64,000 nucleotides of DNA from Terriglobia bacterium (GTDB taxonomy: Bacteria > Acidobacteriota > Terriglobia > Terriglobales > Acidobacteriaceae): contig JAIQFT010000011.1 of NCBI GenBank assembly GCA_020073185.1, forward strand, positions 11,765 through 75,764. The letters are read 5' to 3'. The translations under genes were made by a program, and so were the position numbers. The notes below the pieces were generated by a model. The model worked only from the letters and a program-made list of their open reading frames with translations, was not told where the DNA came from and searched no databases. How positions within the stretch are numbered: the stretch's first letter is position 1; the number at the start of each line of letters is the position of its first letter. This document shows positions 55,901-64,000 of this stretch, piece after piece.

Positions 55901-58438
55901 ATGGAGCGTTACGTCTGTGTTCATTGCCACTTCTACCAGCCACCGCGCGAAAACCCGTGGTTGGCGGCGATCGAGTCGCAGGATTCCGCCTCTCCCTACC
56001 ACGACTGGAACGAGCGCATCGCCGCCGAGTGCTACGCGCCCAACAGCGCCTCGCGCATTCTCGACGGGCAGGGACGGATCGCAAAAATCACCAACAACTA
56101 TTCGCGCATCAGTTTCAACTTCGCTCCTACGCTGCTTTCCTGGCTGGAAGAGAAGGCGCCGTGGACCTACGAGCAGATTCTCGCCGCCGATCGTCAAAGC
56201 CGGGAATTGTTTTCCGGGCATGGCGCCGCCATGGCGCAAGCCTACAACCACCTGATCCTGCCGCTGGCCAGCCCGCGCGACAAATACACCCAAGTCCTTT
56301 GGGGCATGCGCGACTTTCAGCACCGCTTCGGGCGCGATCCGGAAGGCATGTGGCTGCCGGAGACGGCCGTGGACGTCGAAACCCTGGAGTGCCTAGCCGC
56401 GCTCGGGATTAAGTTCACCATCCTGGCGCCGCATCAGGCGCAGCGCTGGCGCAGCCGGCCCTGGGACGAATGGACCAACCTTGATGGCGGGGCCATCGAT
56501 CCCACGCGCGCCTATCAATGCAACCTGCCCTCCGGCCGGGCCATCAGCCTGTTTTTCTACGATGGCCCCATCGCGCACGCCGTCGCCTTCGAAAAACTAC
56601 TCTTCAATGGCGAGAATTTCGCGCGCCGCTTGCTCACTGGCTTCAATGACGGGCGGAACTGGCCGCAGCTGCTGCACATCGCCACCGATGGCGAGACCTA
56701 CGGTCATCATCATGCGCGCGGCGACATGGCTCTGGCCTACGCGCTCGATTACATCGAACGCCATCGCCTAGCCCGCCTGACCAATTACGGCGAATATCTC
56801 GCTCAGCATCCTCCCACCCAGGAAGTGGCAATCGTGGAGAAGACGTCCTGGAGTTGCGTGCACGGCGTCAGCCGCTGGGAAGCCGACTGCGGCTGCAATT
56901 CCGGCACTACTTCCTGGAACCAGCAGTGGCGCCGTCCCCTGCGCGACGCGCTGAACTGGCTGCGCGACCATTTGGCGCCCCTCTACTATTTGCAGGCGCA
57001 GCCGCTCTTGCTCGACCCCTGGGCCGCGCGCGATGACTACATCCGCGTCGTGCTCGATCGTTCTCCCTGGAATGTCGATGATTTTCTGGCCCGGCACGGC
57101 TTTCCCGGGCTGTCCCGCGAACAGCAGGTACGCGCTCTGAAGCTGCTGGAAATGCAGCGCCACCTCATGCTGATGTTCACCAGTTGCGGCTGGTTCTTCG
57201 ACGAGCTGACCGGCCTGGAGACGGTACAGTCGCTGCAATACGCCGGCCGCGCCCTGCAGCTCGCCCAGGATCTGCTGGCCGTCGATCCCGAGGAAGAATT
57301 TCTCCGCCGCCTGGAGCAGGCTTGGAGCAACATCCCCGGTTTCGGCAACGGCCGCCAGGTTTACGAACGCTTCGTTCGCCCGGCTATGCTTAACTTGGTG
57401 GAAGTGGGCGCGCACTACGCCATCAGTTCGCTCTTCGACGGTTATCGCGGGCGCAGCTACGCCTACTGCTACAGTGTGGATTTGCTGGAATCGCGTGTGT
57501 TGGAGTCGGGCAAGGCCAGGCTCGCCATCGGCCGCGCCGAGATCAGTTCACGACTCACCCGCGAGCAGATGACGGTCACCTTCGGGGTGCTCCATTTCGG
57601 CGATCACAACCTCACGGCCGGTGTTCGCCCCTTCTCCGGCGAGGACTCATTCCGTGCCCTGACCGGAACCGCCACGCGCGCCTTCAAGTCGGCCGATCTC
57701 CACGAATGCCTGCGCGTCCTCGACCACCATTTTCCGGGCGCTACCTTTTCGTTGAAATCGCTGTTCCGTGATGAGCGGCGCCGTATCGTCTCGCAAATCG
57801 TGAACTCGACCCTCGGAGAGGCCGAGTCCGTGTACCGCCAGGTTTACGACCAGCATGCCCAGTTGATGTGCTTCCTTTCGGAACTGCACATGCCGCTACC
57901 CGGCATCCTGCGGGTGACCAGCGACTTCGTGCTGGACCGCGCGGTGCGGCGCGCCCTGACCGATCGCGATGTCGACCTGGAGCGCATCCGCACTCTCGTC
58001 GAGACCGCTTCGCGCGATAACGTCCAGCTCGATGTCCCGGCGCTGCAGTTCGCCTTGCGCGAACGCCTGAACGCGCTCGTGGACCAGTGGGCGCTGAAGC
58101 CCGCCGATCGCGATCTGCTGGAGACGGTGGCCGCCGTCGTTTCCCTGGCCCGCGTCCTGCCCTTCGAGGTGGACTTGTGGAAGGTGCAGAATGTTTACTA
58201 CCGCCTGTTGCAGGGAATCTCCGCCGATGCCCTCGCACGCGACACCTCCCCTGCGTGGCTGGAACACTTCCAGCAGCTCGGTGAATGCCTGGGAGTTATC
58301 GTGCCCGACACGGCATTTCTCTGCCCGCGTCTGCCCGGCCAAGTGGACGCGGCTCCCGTGCGCGATGATGCTTGCCGCAGCATGATCGGCTTGTCCACCG
58401 CCGCTCACCGCCGCTACCGCCAATCCCAAAGCCTCTGA
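55901..58438 (+). CDS. Glycoside hydrolase family 57 protein with DUF3536-like C-terminal region
   Basis: HCHFYQPPRENPW start-proximal motif, and the GH57 catalytic-region motifs GMWLPETAVD and IATDGETYGHH. Start set at MERYVCVH. Confidence 0.88.
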   Translation: MERYVCVHCHFYQPPRENPWLAAIESQDSASPYHDWNERIAAECYAPNSASRILDGQGRIAKITNNYSRISFNFAPTLLSWLEEKAPWTYEQILAADRQSRELFSGHGAAMAQAYNHLILPLASPRDKYTQVLWGMRDFQHRFGRDPEGMWLPETAVDVETLECLAALGIKFTILAPHQAQRWRSRPWDEWTNLDGGAIDPTRAYQCNLPSGRAISLFFYDGPIAHAVAFEKLLFNGENFARRLLTGFNDGRNWPQLLHIATDGETYGHHHARGDMALAYALDYIERHRLARLTNYGEYLAQHPPTQEVAIVEKTSWSCVHGVSRWEADCGCNSGTTSWNQQWRRPLRDALNWLRDHLAPLYYLQAQPLLLDPWAARDDYIRVVLDRSPWNVDDFLARHGFPGLSREQQVRALKLLEMQRHLMLMFTSCGWFFDELTGLETVQSLQYAGRALQLAQDLLAVDPEEEFLRRLEQAWSNIPGFGNGRQVYERFVRPAMLNLVEVGAHYAISSLFDGYRGRSYAYCYSVDLLESRVLESGKARLAIGRAEISSRLTREQMTVTFGVLHFGDHNLTAGVRPFSGEDSFRALTGTATRAFKSADLHECLRVLDHHFPGATFSLKSLFRDERRRIVSQIVNSTLGEAESVYRQVYDQHAQLMCFLSELHMPLPGILRVTSDFVLDRAVRRALTDRDVDLERIRTLVETASRDNVQLDVPALQFALRERLNALVDQWALKPADRDLLETVAAVVSLARVLPFEVDLWKVQNVYYRLLQGISADALARDTSPAWLEHFQQLGECLGVIVPDTAFLCPRLPGQVDAAPVRDDACRSMIGLSTAAHRRYRQSQSL

Positions 58439-58571
58439 CAAATGATGGTCGTCCAGAAGCTGCCGCCCCGCTGCGGCACTTTTCGCTTCGGCACTTTTCG
58501 GCGCGGGTTCCGCTTCCGGATGTGAGCCGAGCCAGATGTGATCTAATAATTGGCGGGGGCTTGGAGGAATC

Positions 58572-58892
58572 ATGAAGAAGAGCAAATTGGAAACGGCGGA
58601 GAGTCTGGCAAAGGCGCATTTTGGAGTTGAGCCAAATCTCAAGCGCATCCATCTCATAGAACCAGTTGACGATCAGAATCCGGAGGATCCAATCAAGCTC
58701 TTGGAGGTGGTCGAAGGAACGATCGAACGCGGGATCGAACCGGTCGCGTTTACTGCCGATCCAGCCCACGGCATCGAGTACCCGTCGATTGTCATCGAGA
58801 TATCGCCAACTGAGTACGAAGCCATGCGAGCCGGCAAGCTTGGTTTTGGAAATCATAGGTGGACGATTGGCAGAGAGCTGCAAGCCCGTTGA
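58572..58892 (+). CDS. Hypothetical 106-aa protein (first gene of the lower-GC cassette)
   Basis: GGAGG SD 6 nt upstream of the ATG. Visibly lower GC than neighbouring genes. No domain recognised. Confidence 0.6.
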   Translation: MKKSKLETAESLAKAHFGVEPNLKRIHLIEPVDDQNPEDPIKLLEVVEGTIERGIEPVAFTADPAHGIEYPSIVIEISPTEYEAMRAGKLGFGNHRWTIGRELQAR

Positions 58893-58905
58893 AGAGCGAA
58901 CGATT

Positions 58906-59406
58906 GTGCAGGCGACAAACGAAAACTGGGCGAGAAGTTACGCGAGACAGGCGCTGTCCGACCTTCGGGCCCGCGAGGCGCTTGCTCGTGCGAACGCCGA
59001 GAAGTGCCATCGCCTTCACTTCCTTCAGATGGCAGCGGAAAAAGCATGCAAGGCCCATCTAACTCTAGCGAATGGGCACGATAGAGTACGGAAGAGTCAC
59101 GCCTACGTGGCGCGCATCCTTCCCATCATTGCGCGTCATTTTTATGCGGTGATCCACGACAACAACGTGTTAACCCGATGGGAAATCTCGGAGATACGGC
59201 GTCTTGCTCATGAGATTGAGGTGCTGGCACCAGCATGCGATGACAATGATCTTCGCAAAGACAACAGCGAGTACCCGTGGGAAGATGGGAAGGGAGATAT
59301 TTGCGTTCCCTGTGAGTACAGCTTTCCCAAGATCGACGATGGCAGTAGAACAATCGTTCGCTTAATCCAGCTGATTCGCACCGCTTCCGAATCATACAAC
59401 CGATAA
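58906..59406 (+). CDS. HEPN-like domain protein (second gene of the cassette)
   Basis: HFLQMAAEKACKAHL helix and RVRKSH (R-x4-H), resembling the HEPN signature. The GTG start 14 nt after the upstream stop is a guess. Confidence 0.5.
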   Translation: MQATNENWARSYARQALSDLRAREALARANAEKCHRLHFLQMAAEKACKAHLTLANGHDRVRKSHAYVARILPIIARHFYAVIHDNNVLTRWEISEIRRLAHEIEVLAPACDDNDLRKDNSEYPWEDGKGDICVPCEYSFPKIDDGSRTIVRLIQLIRTASESYNR

Positions 59407-59534
59407 GGGTCGCCTGACCGGCAACTGACCCAGTGCCCAGAGTTATAGGAACGCTGGTGCAAGCGGCTGCTGATTTTTCCGACCGGTGAGATCGGTCATA
59501 GATCAATTGCCGCTCAGCAGTTAGAATCCGCGGT

Positions 59535-62201
59535 ATGGAACCACTGCCGGCGAGGGAGATCCGCGACTTCCGCGTGCGCGGCAACTACTTCAATCAGCAC
59601 AGCCGGCGCTTTCGCAAGGAGCGGCATTCCGTAACCGAGGTCGCCACCCGTCCGGGATACTGCCCCCCGGTGGTCGAGTTCGACTTGGAAGACGGCGCCA
59701 CCGGCAGCATCGTGGCCAGCGAGATTGATATCCCGCTCCTTTGTCAGGATGATTTTGAGCAGGCGCGAGCCCACCTGGCGCTCATCGTGAACGCCCGCCG
59801 CGGGTACTCGCAGGCCGCCGCCGGGCTCAACGCCGCTCTGCAAAAGTACCCGTGGCTGACCGCGCCCGCCGAACAGCCCCCACCCGCCGAGACCCCCTGG
59901 GTCGTCCCTTGCACCAGCGCCGAGCCGCACTGCGAGCGGGATATCAGTCAAAAAGGGTTCATCCTGTTGAAGCTGGCGCGGCAGGGCTATCCGGTCCCCG
60001 ATTTCGTCGTCGTCACCGCCGACGCCTACACCGAAGGCTTTGCCGACATCGAGCGCCACCTCGCCGACGCCATCGCCCAACTGGAAATCCTCACCATGGA
60101 GTCGCTCGGTTCCGGCGACCCCCTGGTCTTTGCCATCCGCTGCGCCACCCCGCACTACATCCCGGGCGTGATGGACACCTTCCTCAACGTTGGCATCACT
60201 GAGCGTGCCTTGCCGTGCCTGGAGAAGATGTACGGCCCCACCGGCGCGCGCAAAATGTTCCTCAACACGCTGCGCAACCTGTGCGACTGCCTCCTTCAAG
60301 ACCCGGCGCTGGTCAACGCCGTCAGGCCCGATCTCCCGCCGGATCAAGTCGTGCGCCTCATTGATCAGCTATCCGATCGCATCCGGAAAAAAGACCGCCG
60401 TCTCATCGAGGATCCCTATTGCCAGGCCGTCTTCTTCGCCCGGCAAGCGTACAAGGATTTTGAAGAAAACCATGACTTGGTGGCGGCGCTCGGCCGCGGC
60501 ACGGAACATTTTCCCAGCCTCATCCTGCAGAAGATGGTGTGTACGGTGCGCCACGAGAGCGCCTACGCCGGCGTCTTGTCCAGCCGCAACACCCGCACCG
60601 GGGTAGGAGTGGAACTGCAGACCGCCCGCAACATCTTCGGCGAAGAAATGATGACCGGTACGGCGGAGTTCAAAACCACTACCTTCGAAGACAAGCAGGC
60701 AGTGCAGCACACGTTTCCCGCCGTCTATCATTTTCTGCCGCATCTGCCGGAGTTGGAGCGCGAACTGGAGTCGCCGGTCACCATCGAGTTCGCCGTCGAG
60801 GCCACCCGCCGCTACCAGTGGTTCGCGCTGCTGCAACTGAATGAAACCGGCATGGCGGGCGGGGCGGCGCTTATCTCCGTGATTGACATGCACAAATCCG
60901 GCGCCATCTCGCGCAAGCGCGTCACCGAACTGGTCCGTCCTTACCACCTCAAGCAGCTCACCAGCGATACCATCGATCAGGAAAACTTCAGCACGCTCAG
61001 CACCTTCTCCTCCGGCGTGGCCGTCCTGCCTCGCTCCGCCGTCTCGGCCCGCGTGTATTTCACTGGCGACGCTGCCTTGCGCGCCAAGACGCAGGAAGAG
61101 AAGGTCTGCCTCTGCAAGAAAACCTTTGTCCCAACAGACACCGTGGTGATGCGCGAGGTGGACGCCGTCCTCAGCCTGACCTCCGCCGCCGTGCACGTAG
61201 TCACCATTTGCCAGAGCCTTGGCATTCCTGCCCTCCTCAACCTGGAAAAGTATGGCGTTACGCTGCATCCCGACGGCCGCTTGGTGAACTGGTCCGGCAG
61301 TGAAATTCGCGAAGGCGACTGGATCACCATTTCCTCCCGCCGCAACACCGTCTACCAGGGCAAGGCGAAGTTCACTCCCGCCCGCCTCCTGCGCTACATG
61401 AAGGGTGAGCGCATCGCCGAGCAGGGAAGCGAGGTAGAAAAGGAATTCGCCGCCATCGCCTACGCCTATCGCTACTACCAGCAGTTGGTCCGCGGCCTCA
61501 CGGTGGACAAAATCTCCAGCCTCAGCGAGGTCACGCGCCTGGTCAACTTCGAACTCCGCGCCGAGTCCGACGACGCCCGCCAGCTCGTGAACGGCTGGTT
61601 CGATGAGCGCGAGACCGTCTACATGGACGAAGTGCTGAAGAGCGACATCGGCGATCACCTCGGGCAGAGCAACGTCTTCGAAATGCTCACCCTCGACCGC
61701 AAAGTCCGCTTCTTCAAGGCGGCGCTGGCCAAATTGGCGCGCGAACACATCTCCGGCTACGAAGCCGGTGCCTTCATGCTCGGCCGCTTTCTCGCCATGC
61801 GTTATCCCGTCGCCTTCTGGAAAAGCTTTACGCCCTTGGAAATCGCTTTGCTGGTCAACGAGTGGGTGCTGTTTGAAAAATACCTGCAGCTACTGCACAA
61901 CGTGGGCGAGAGAAAAGTCCTGCGGGCGCGCAAGCAGATTCTCAAGGAAGGGCTCGACCAGCTCGCGCTCCATCCTGGCGTTGTGCATTCCCTGATTACG
62001 CTGAAACTGAGCTCCCCGCGCCTGGATCAAGCCCGGGCCGCGCTGCCCGAGTGGAGCGACGCGCAATCGGCGCGCGTGCTGGAACTGCTCCAGCAGCCGT
62101 ATCACGAGTTCTACAATTTCCGCGCCGAATGGTCGGTGGGCGAACTCAAGAAAATCTGCCAGACCGAGGGCCTGCCGCTGCCTTCGCCCGACGACGTGTA
62201 G
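59535..62201 (+). CDS. PPDK/PEP-synthase-like protein: nucleotide-binding N-domain plus swivel domain, no PEP/pyruvate TIM barrel, catalytic His not conserved
   Basis: FAIRCATPHYIPGVMDTFLNVGI aligns to VSVRSGA..SMPGMMDTVLNLGL. IEFAVE..LLQLNETG aligns to IEFT.E..LQTRNGKRT. The swivel-domain motif is LTSAAVHVV instead of GGxTSHAAVVAR. The last ~300 aa are helical and unassigned. Confidence 0.8.
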   Translation: MEPLPAREIRDFRVRGNYFNQHSRRFRKERHSVTEVATRPGYCPPVVEFDLEDGATGSIVASEIDIPLLCQDDFEQARAHLALIVNARRGYSQAAAGLNAALQKYPWLTAPAEQPPPAETPWVVPCTSAEPHCERDISQKGFILLKLARQGYPVPDFVVVTADAYTEGFADIERHLADAIAQLEILTMESLGSGDPLVFAIRCATPHYIPGVMDTFLNVGITERALPCLEKMYGPTGARKMFLNTLRNLCDCLLQDPALVNAVRPDLPPDQVVRLIDQLSDRIRKKDRRLIEDPYCQAVFFARQAYKDFEENHDLVAALGRGTEHFPSLILQKMVCTVRHESAYAGVLSSRNTRTGVGVELQTARNIFGEEMMTGTAEFKTTTFEDKQAVQHTFPAVYHFLPHLPELERELESPVTIEFAVEATRRYQWFALLQLNETGMAGGAALISVIDMHKSGAISRKRVTELVRPYHLKQLTSDTIDQENFSTLSTFSSGVAVLPRSAVSARVYFTGDAALRAKTQEEKVCLCKKTFVPTDTVVMREVDAVLSLTSAAVHVVTICQSLGIPALLNLEKYGVTLHPDGRLVNWSGSEIREGDWITISSRRNTVYQGKAKFTPARLLRYMKGERIAEQGSEVEKEFAAIAYAYRYYQQLVRGLTVDKISSLSEVTRLVNFELRAESDDARQLVNGWFDERETVYMDEVLKSDIGDHLGQSNVFEMLTLDRKVRFFKAALAKLAREHISGYEAGAFMLGRFLAMRYPVAFWKSFTPLEIALLVNEWVLFEKYLQLLHNVGERKVLRARKQILKEGLDQLALHPGVVHSLITLKLSSPRLDQARAALPEWSDAQSARVLELLQQPYHEFYNFRAEWSVGELKKICQTEGLPLPSPDDV

Positions 62202-62202
62202 A

Positions 62203-62445
62203 GCAGTTCAGAGCAGTTCCGCAATCGGTGTCGCTGCATGTCCTACGGTGGAAAGCGCCGGCCTTCGATCCGTTTCATCTTTTCTGCAGCCGATGTCATC
62301 CCGAGCGAGGGAGGGCTCCCGCGCGTTTTCGTAACCGGGGTCCCCGGCACGCCTGCTTTTGGCGTGCTGGGCTGGCCGTGCGCGGGAAACCTGAGTCGAG
62401 GGATCTCTGGGTTTCCTCTCTCGGCTACACCAATTCTGACACTGT
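62203..62445. repeat. Dispersed intergenic repeats filling the convergent gap
   Basis: GAGCAGTTCAGAGCAGTTCCGC, CTACGGTGGAAAGCGCCGGCC, GTCATCCCGAGCGAGGGAGGG and TGAGTCGAGGGATCTCTGG elements. Confidence 0.7.
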
Positions 62446-62446
62446 C

Positions 62447-63991
62447 CTAGACCCGCACTCCGTTCGGCTCCCTAACCGCCGCCGCTTGCTTGACCCCGTA
62501 CAGATAATCGCGGTCAATGGTCGATTCCATCTCGCGCAGCACCTCGGGCAACTCTTTGCCGTCACGCGCCGCCACCAGCCTCCCCAGTGCCAGCGACAAT
62601 GACAGCACCGCGTTCATGCCCAGGTTCGCCTTCCTCTGCATGATCTGGATTCTGTCTTCGGCCAAGGCGCTTCCGTTGATCTTTCCGCGCTTGGTCGCCA
62701 AGTCCAGCTCCATCAGCAGCAGTTCGCGATCGATGTCGGTCAGCGTACCCAGCGCGGAAATCTTCTGTCCCAGGAAGCGCGGCGCCACCACCTCGATCAC
62801 GTTCGCCACCGCGTTCAGGCAGCCTTTGCCGCCGTAGCGTTTGGCGCGCATCCACAACTCCGCCAGTTCGGCGTTTTCCTTGGCCACCATCTCGGCCTTG
62901 ACGCTCGGCGCGAAGCGGTAGGTTTTCTCGCTTTCTTTATAGACAAAATAATTCGGGTACTTCCTCGTCAGCGGGTTGGCCTCGATGATGCTGTCCACCA
63001 GGTGAATCGCCTCATCCGTTCCCGCCGAGGTCCCCAGCGGCGTGGCGGCCGAGAATTTCATGCCGTTGTCCAGCATCACCGTTACTCCGACCGTGGGTAT
63101 GCCGGCGTTGGTCGGTTCCTCGTGCGCGAAAATATCGGCGATCCTCATATCCGGGTCCAGCCTGCGCGTGGCTTTCACGCCTTTTTTCGCCAGCTCCATC
63201 AGTTCCACGATCCGGCCGTACTTAACCAGCCGTTCCGTGTTGGCCCCGCCCCCGCATTTCAGGCCCAGGGCGCCCACCGCGAAAGCGATGTCAGCCTCCA
63301 TGACCTCATTGGGCGACTTGGATCGGTGCGAGACCACCAGCGCTAATCCCAAGTCTTTCGCCGTCCGGGTGGCCAGCAGGGTTTCGCTCATGGTGCCGAT
63401 CTGATTGGCTTTGATCAGCGCCGTGTTGATCAACCCCTCTTCGGCGCAGCGGCGGATGGTCGAGTCCTTGGTCGTGACCAGGTCGTCGCCGATGATCAGG
63501 ATCTCCGCGTCCAGCGCCTTCATCAGTTTCTTCCAGCCCTCGTAATCGTCCTCGGCGAAGGCATCCTCCAACGACACGATCGGATACTTCTTCACCCACG
63601 CGATGTACAACTCCACCATTTCGTCGGTGGTCATCACACGGGGATCTTCCGCGCGCCAAAACAGGTATTGCCCGACGGAATCCTTCTCGCCGGTCTTCTC
63701 CCGATATGCGTTGCTCAGTTCGCTGGCCGCCGGGTCGATGGCCAGCACCACGTCGCGGTCGGGCACGAATCCGCATTCCTCGATGGCTCGCACCGCCACC
63801 CGCAGCGCCCGCTCTTCGGGAAGGATGTCGCCTTCCTGCTTGGCGTAGGAGGCGACGATGCCGCCTTCAAGTCCGATGCCCACAAAATTCAGCCCTTCCG
63901 AGTCCTGGATGATCTGGATCGCCCGGCTCTGCAGCATATTGGTGACGCGCTGTGCCTCGATGTAATCGCGCGCCGTGAGCGGTAGGAACAT
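62447..63991 (-). CDS. Enolase-superfamily protein with apparent circular permutation (barrel domain N-terminal, capping domain C-terminal)
   Basis: AGGAG SD before the ATG at 63991. Residues 1-270 align to the enolase barrel (GLEGG, LAIDPAASE, SLEDAF, IGDDL, LIKANQIGT, SHRS, LKCGG). Residues ~283-490 align to the enolase N-domain (GIPTVGVTV, PLGTSAGTDEA, GKGCLNAV, LGMNAVLSLSLA). Confidence 0.85.
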   Translation of the reverse strand: MFLPLTARDYIEAQRVTNMLQSRAIQIIQDSEGLNFVGIGLEGGIVASYAKQEGDILPEERALRVAVRAIEECGFVPDRDVVLAIDPAASELSNAYREKTGEKDSVGQYLFWRAEDPRVMTTDEMVELYIAWVKKYPIVSLEDAFAEDDYEGWKKLMKALDAEILIIGDDLVTTKDSTIRRCAEEGLINTALIKANQIGTMSETLLATRTAKDLGLALVVSHRSKSPNEVMEADIAFAVGALGLKCGGGANTERLVKYGRIVELMELAKKGVKATRRLDPDMRIADIFAHEEPTNAGIPTVGVTVMLDNGMKFSAATPLGTSAGTDEAIHLVDSIIEANPLTRKYPNYFVYKESEKTYRFAPSVKAEMVAKENAELAELWMRAKRYGGKGCLNAVANVIEVVAPRFLGQKISALGTLTDIDRELLLMELDLATKRGKINGSALAEDRIQIMQRKANLGMNAVLSLSLALGRLVAARDGKELPEVLREMESTIDRDYLYGVKQAAAVREPNGVRV

Positions 63992-64000
63992 GAACTCCTG

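Noticed and set aside
58666-58905. The ORF-track start (58666) would give a 246-aa version of the HEPN-like protein.
   Set aside because: The upstream 80 codons overlap the well-supported 106-aa gene in another frame and look like shadow sequence. A GTG just after that gene's stop is more plausible, although unproven.

Overview
High-GC (~62%) bacterial chromosome segment. It is probably Acidobacteriota, based on a PEP-CTERM protein, a TIGR03436-type VWFA protein, and the HSERSEES / GGCTTCAGCC-type intergenic repeats typical of that phylum. Most of the window is ordinary housekeeping and envelope content: alaS, ilvE, recX, pilT, transketolase, an aminotransferase, an FKBP isomerase, RNase HI, an AmiC-like amidase, an SLT transglycosylase, MscS, two polyprenyl-phosphate GT2 enzymes plus a GT-C membrane glycosyltransferase, GH57, tRNA-Arg(CCU) and tRNA-Thr(CGU). 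I saw no rRNA, CRISPR array, transposase or integrase. Six things deserve a second look. (1) Two tandem copies of a ~260-nt structured RNA gene lie on the minus strand at 17.07-17.79 kb, each with its own promoter. (2) At the right edge, an enolase homologue appears circularly permuted (barrel first, capping domain last). It sits convergent to a PPDK-like protein that lacks the catalytic His and the PEP-binding barrel. (3) An OmpR/HK pair is followed by two copies of a 40-nt triple-direct-repeat box, placed ahead of a small ORF and ahead of a small-secreted-protein plus 1440-aa multicopper oxidase operon. (4) An orphan promoter plus terminator defines a ~93-nt sRNA candidate. (5) An in-frame TAG-TGA separates a signal-peptide/TPR module from an AMIN-amidase. 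(6) A lower-GC two-gene cassette encodes a HEPN-like protein. All calls rest on reading the sequence and recalling motifs; no searches or folding programs were run.
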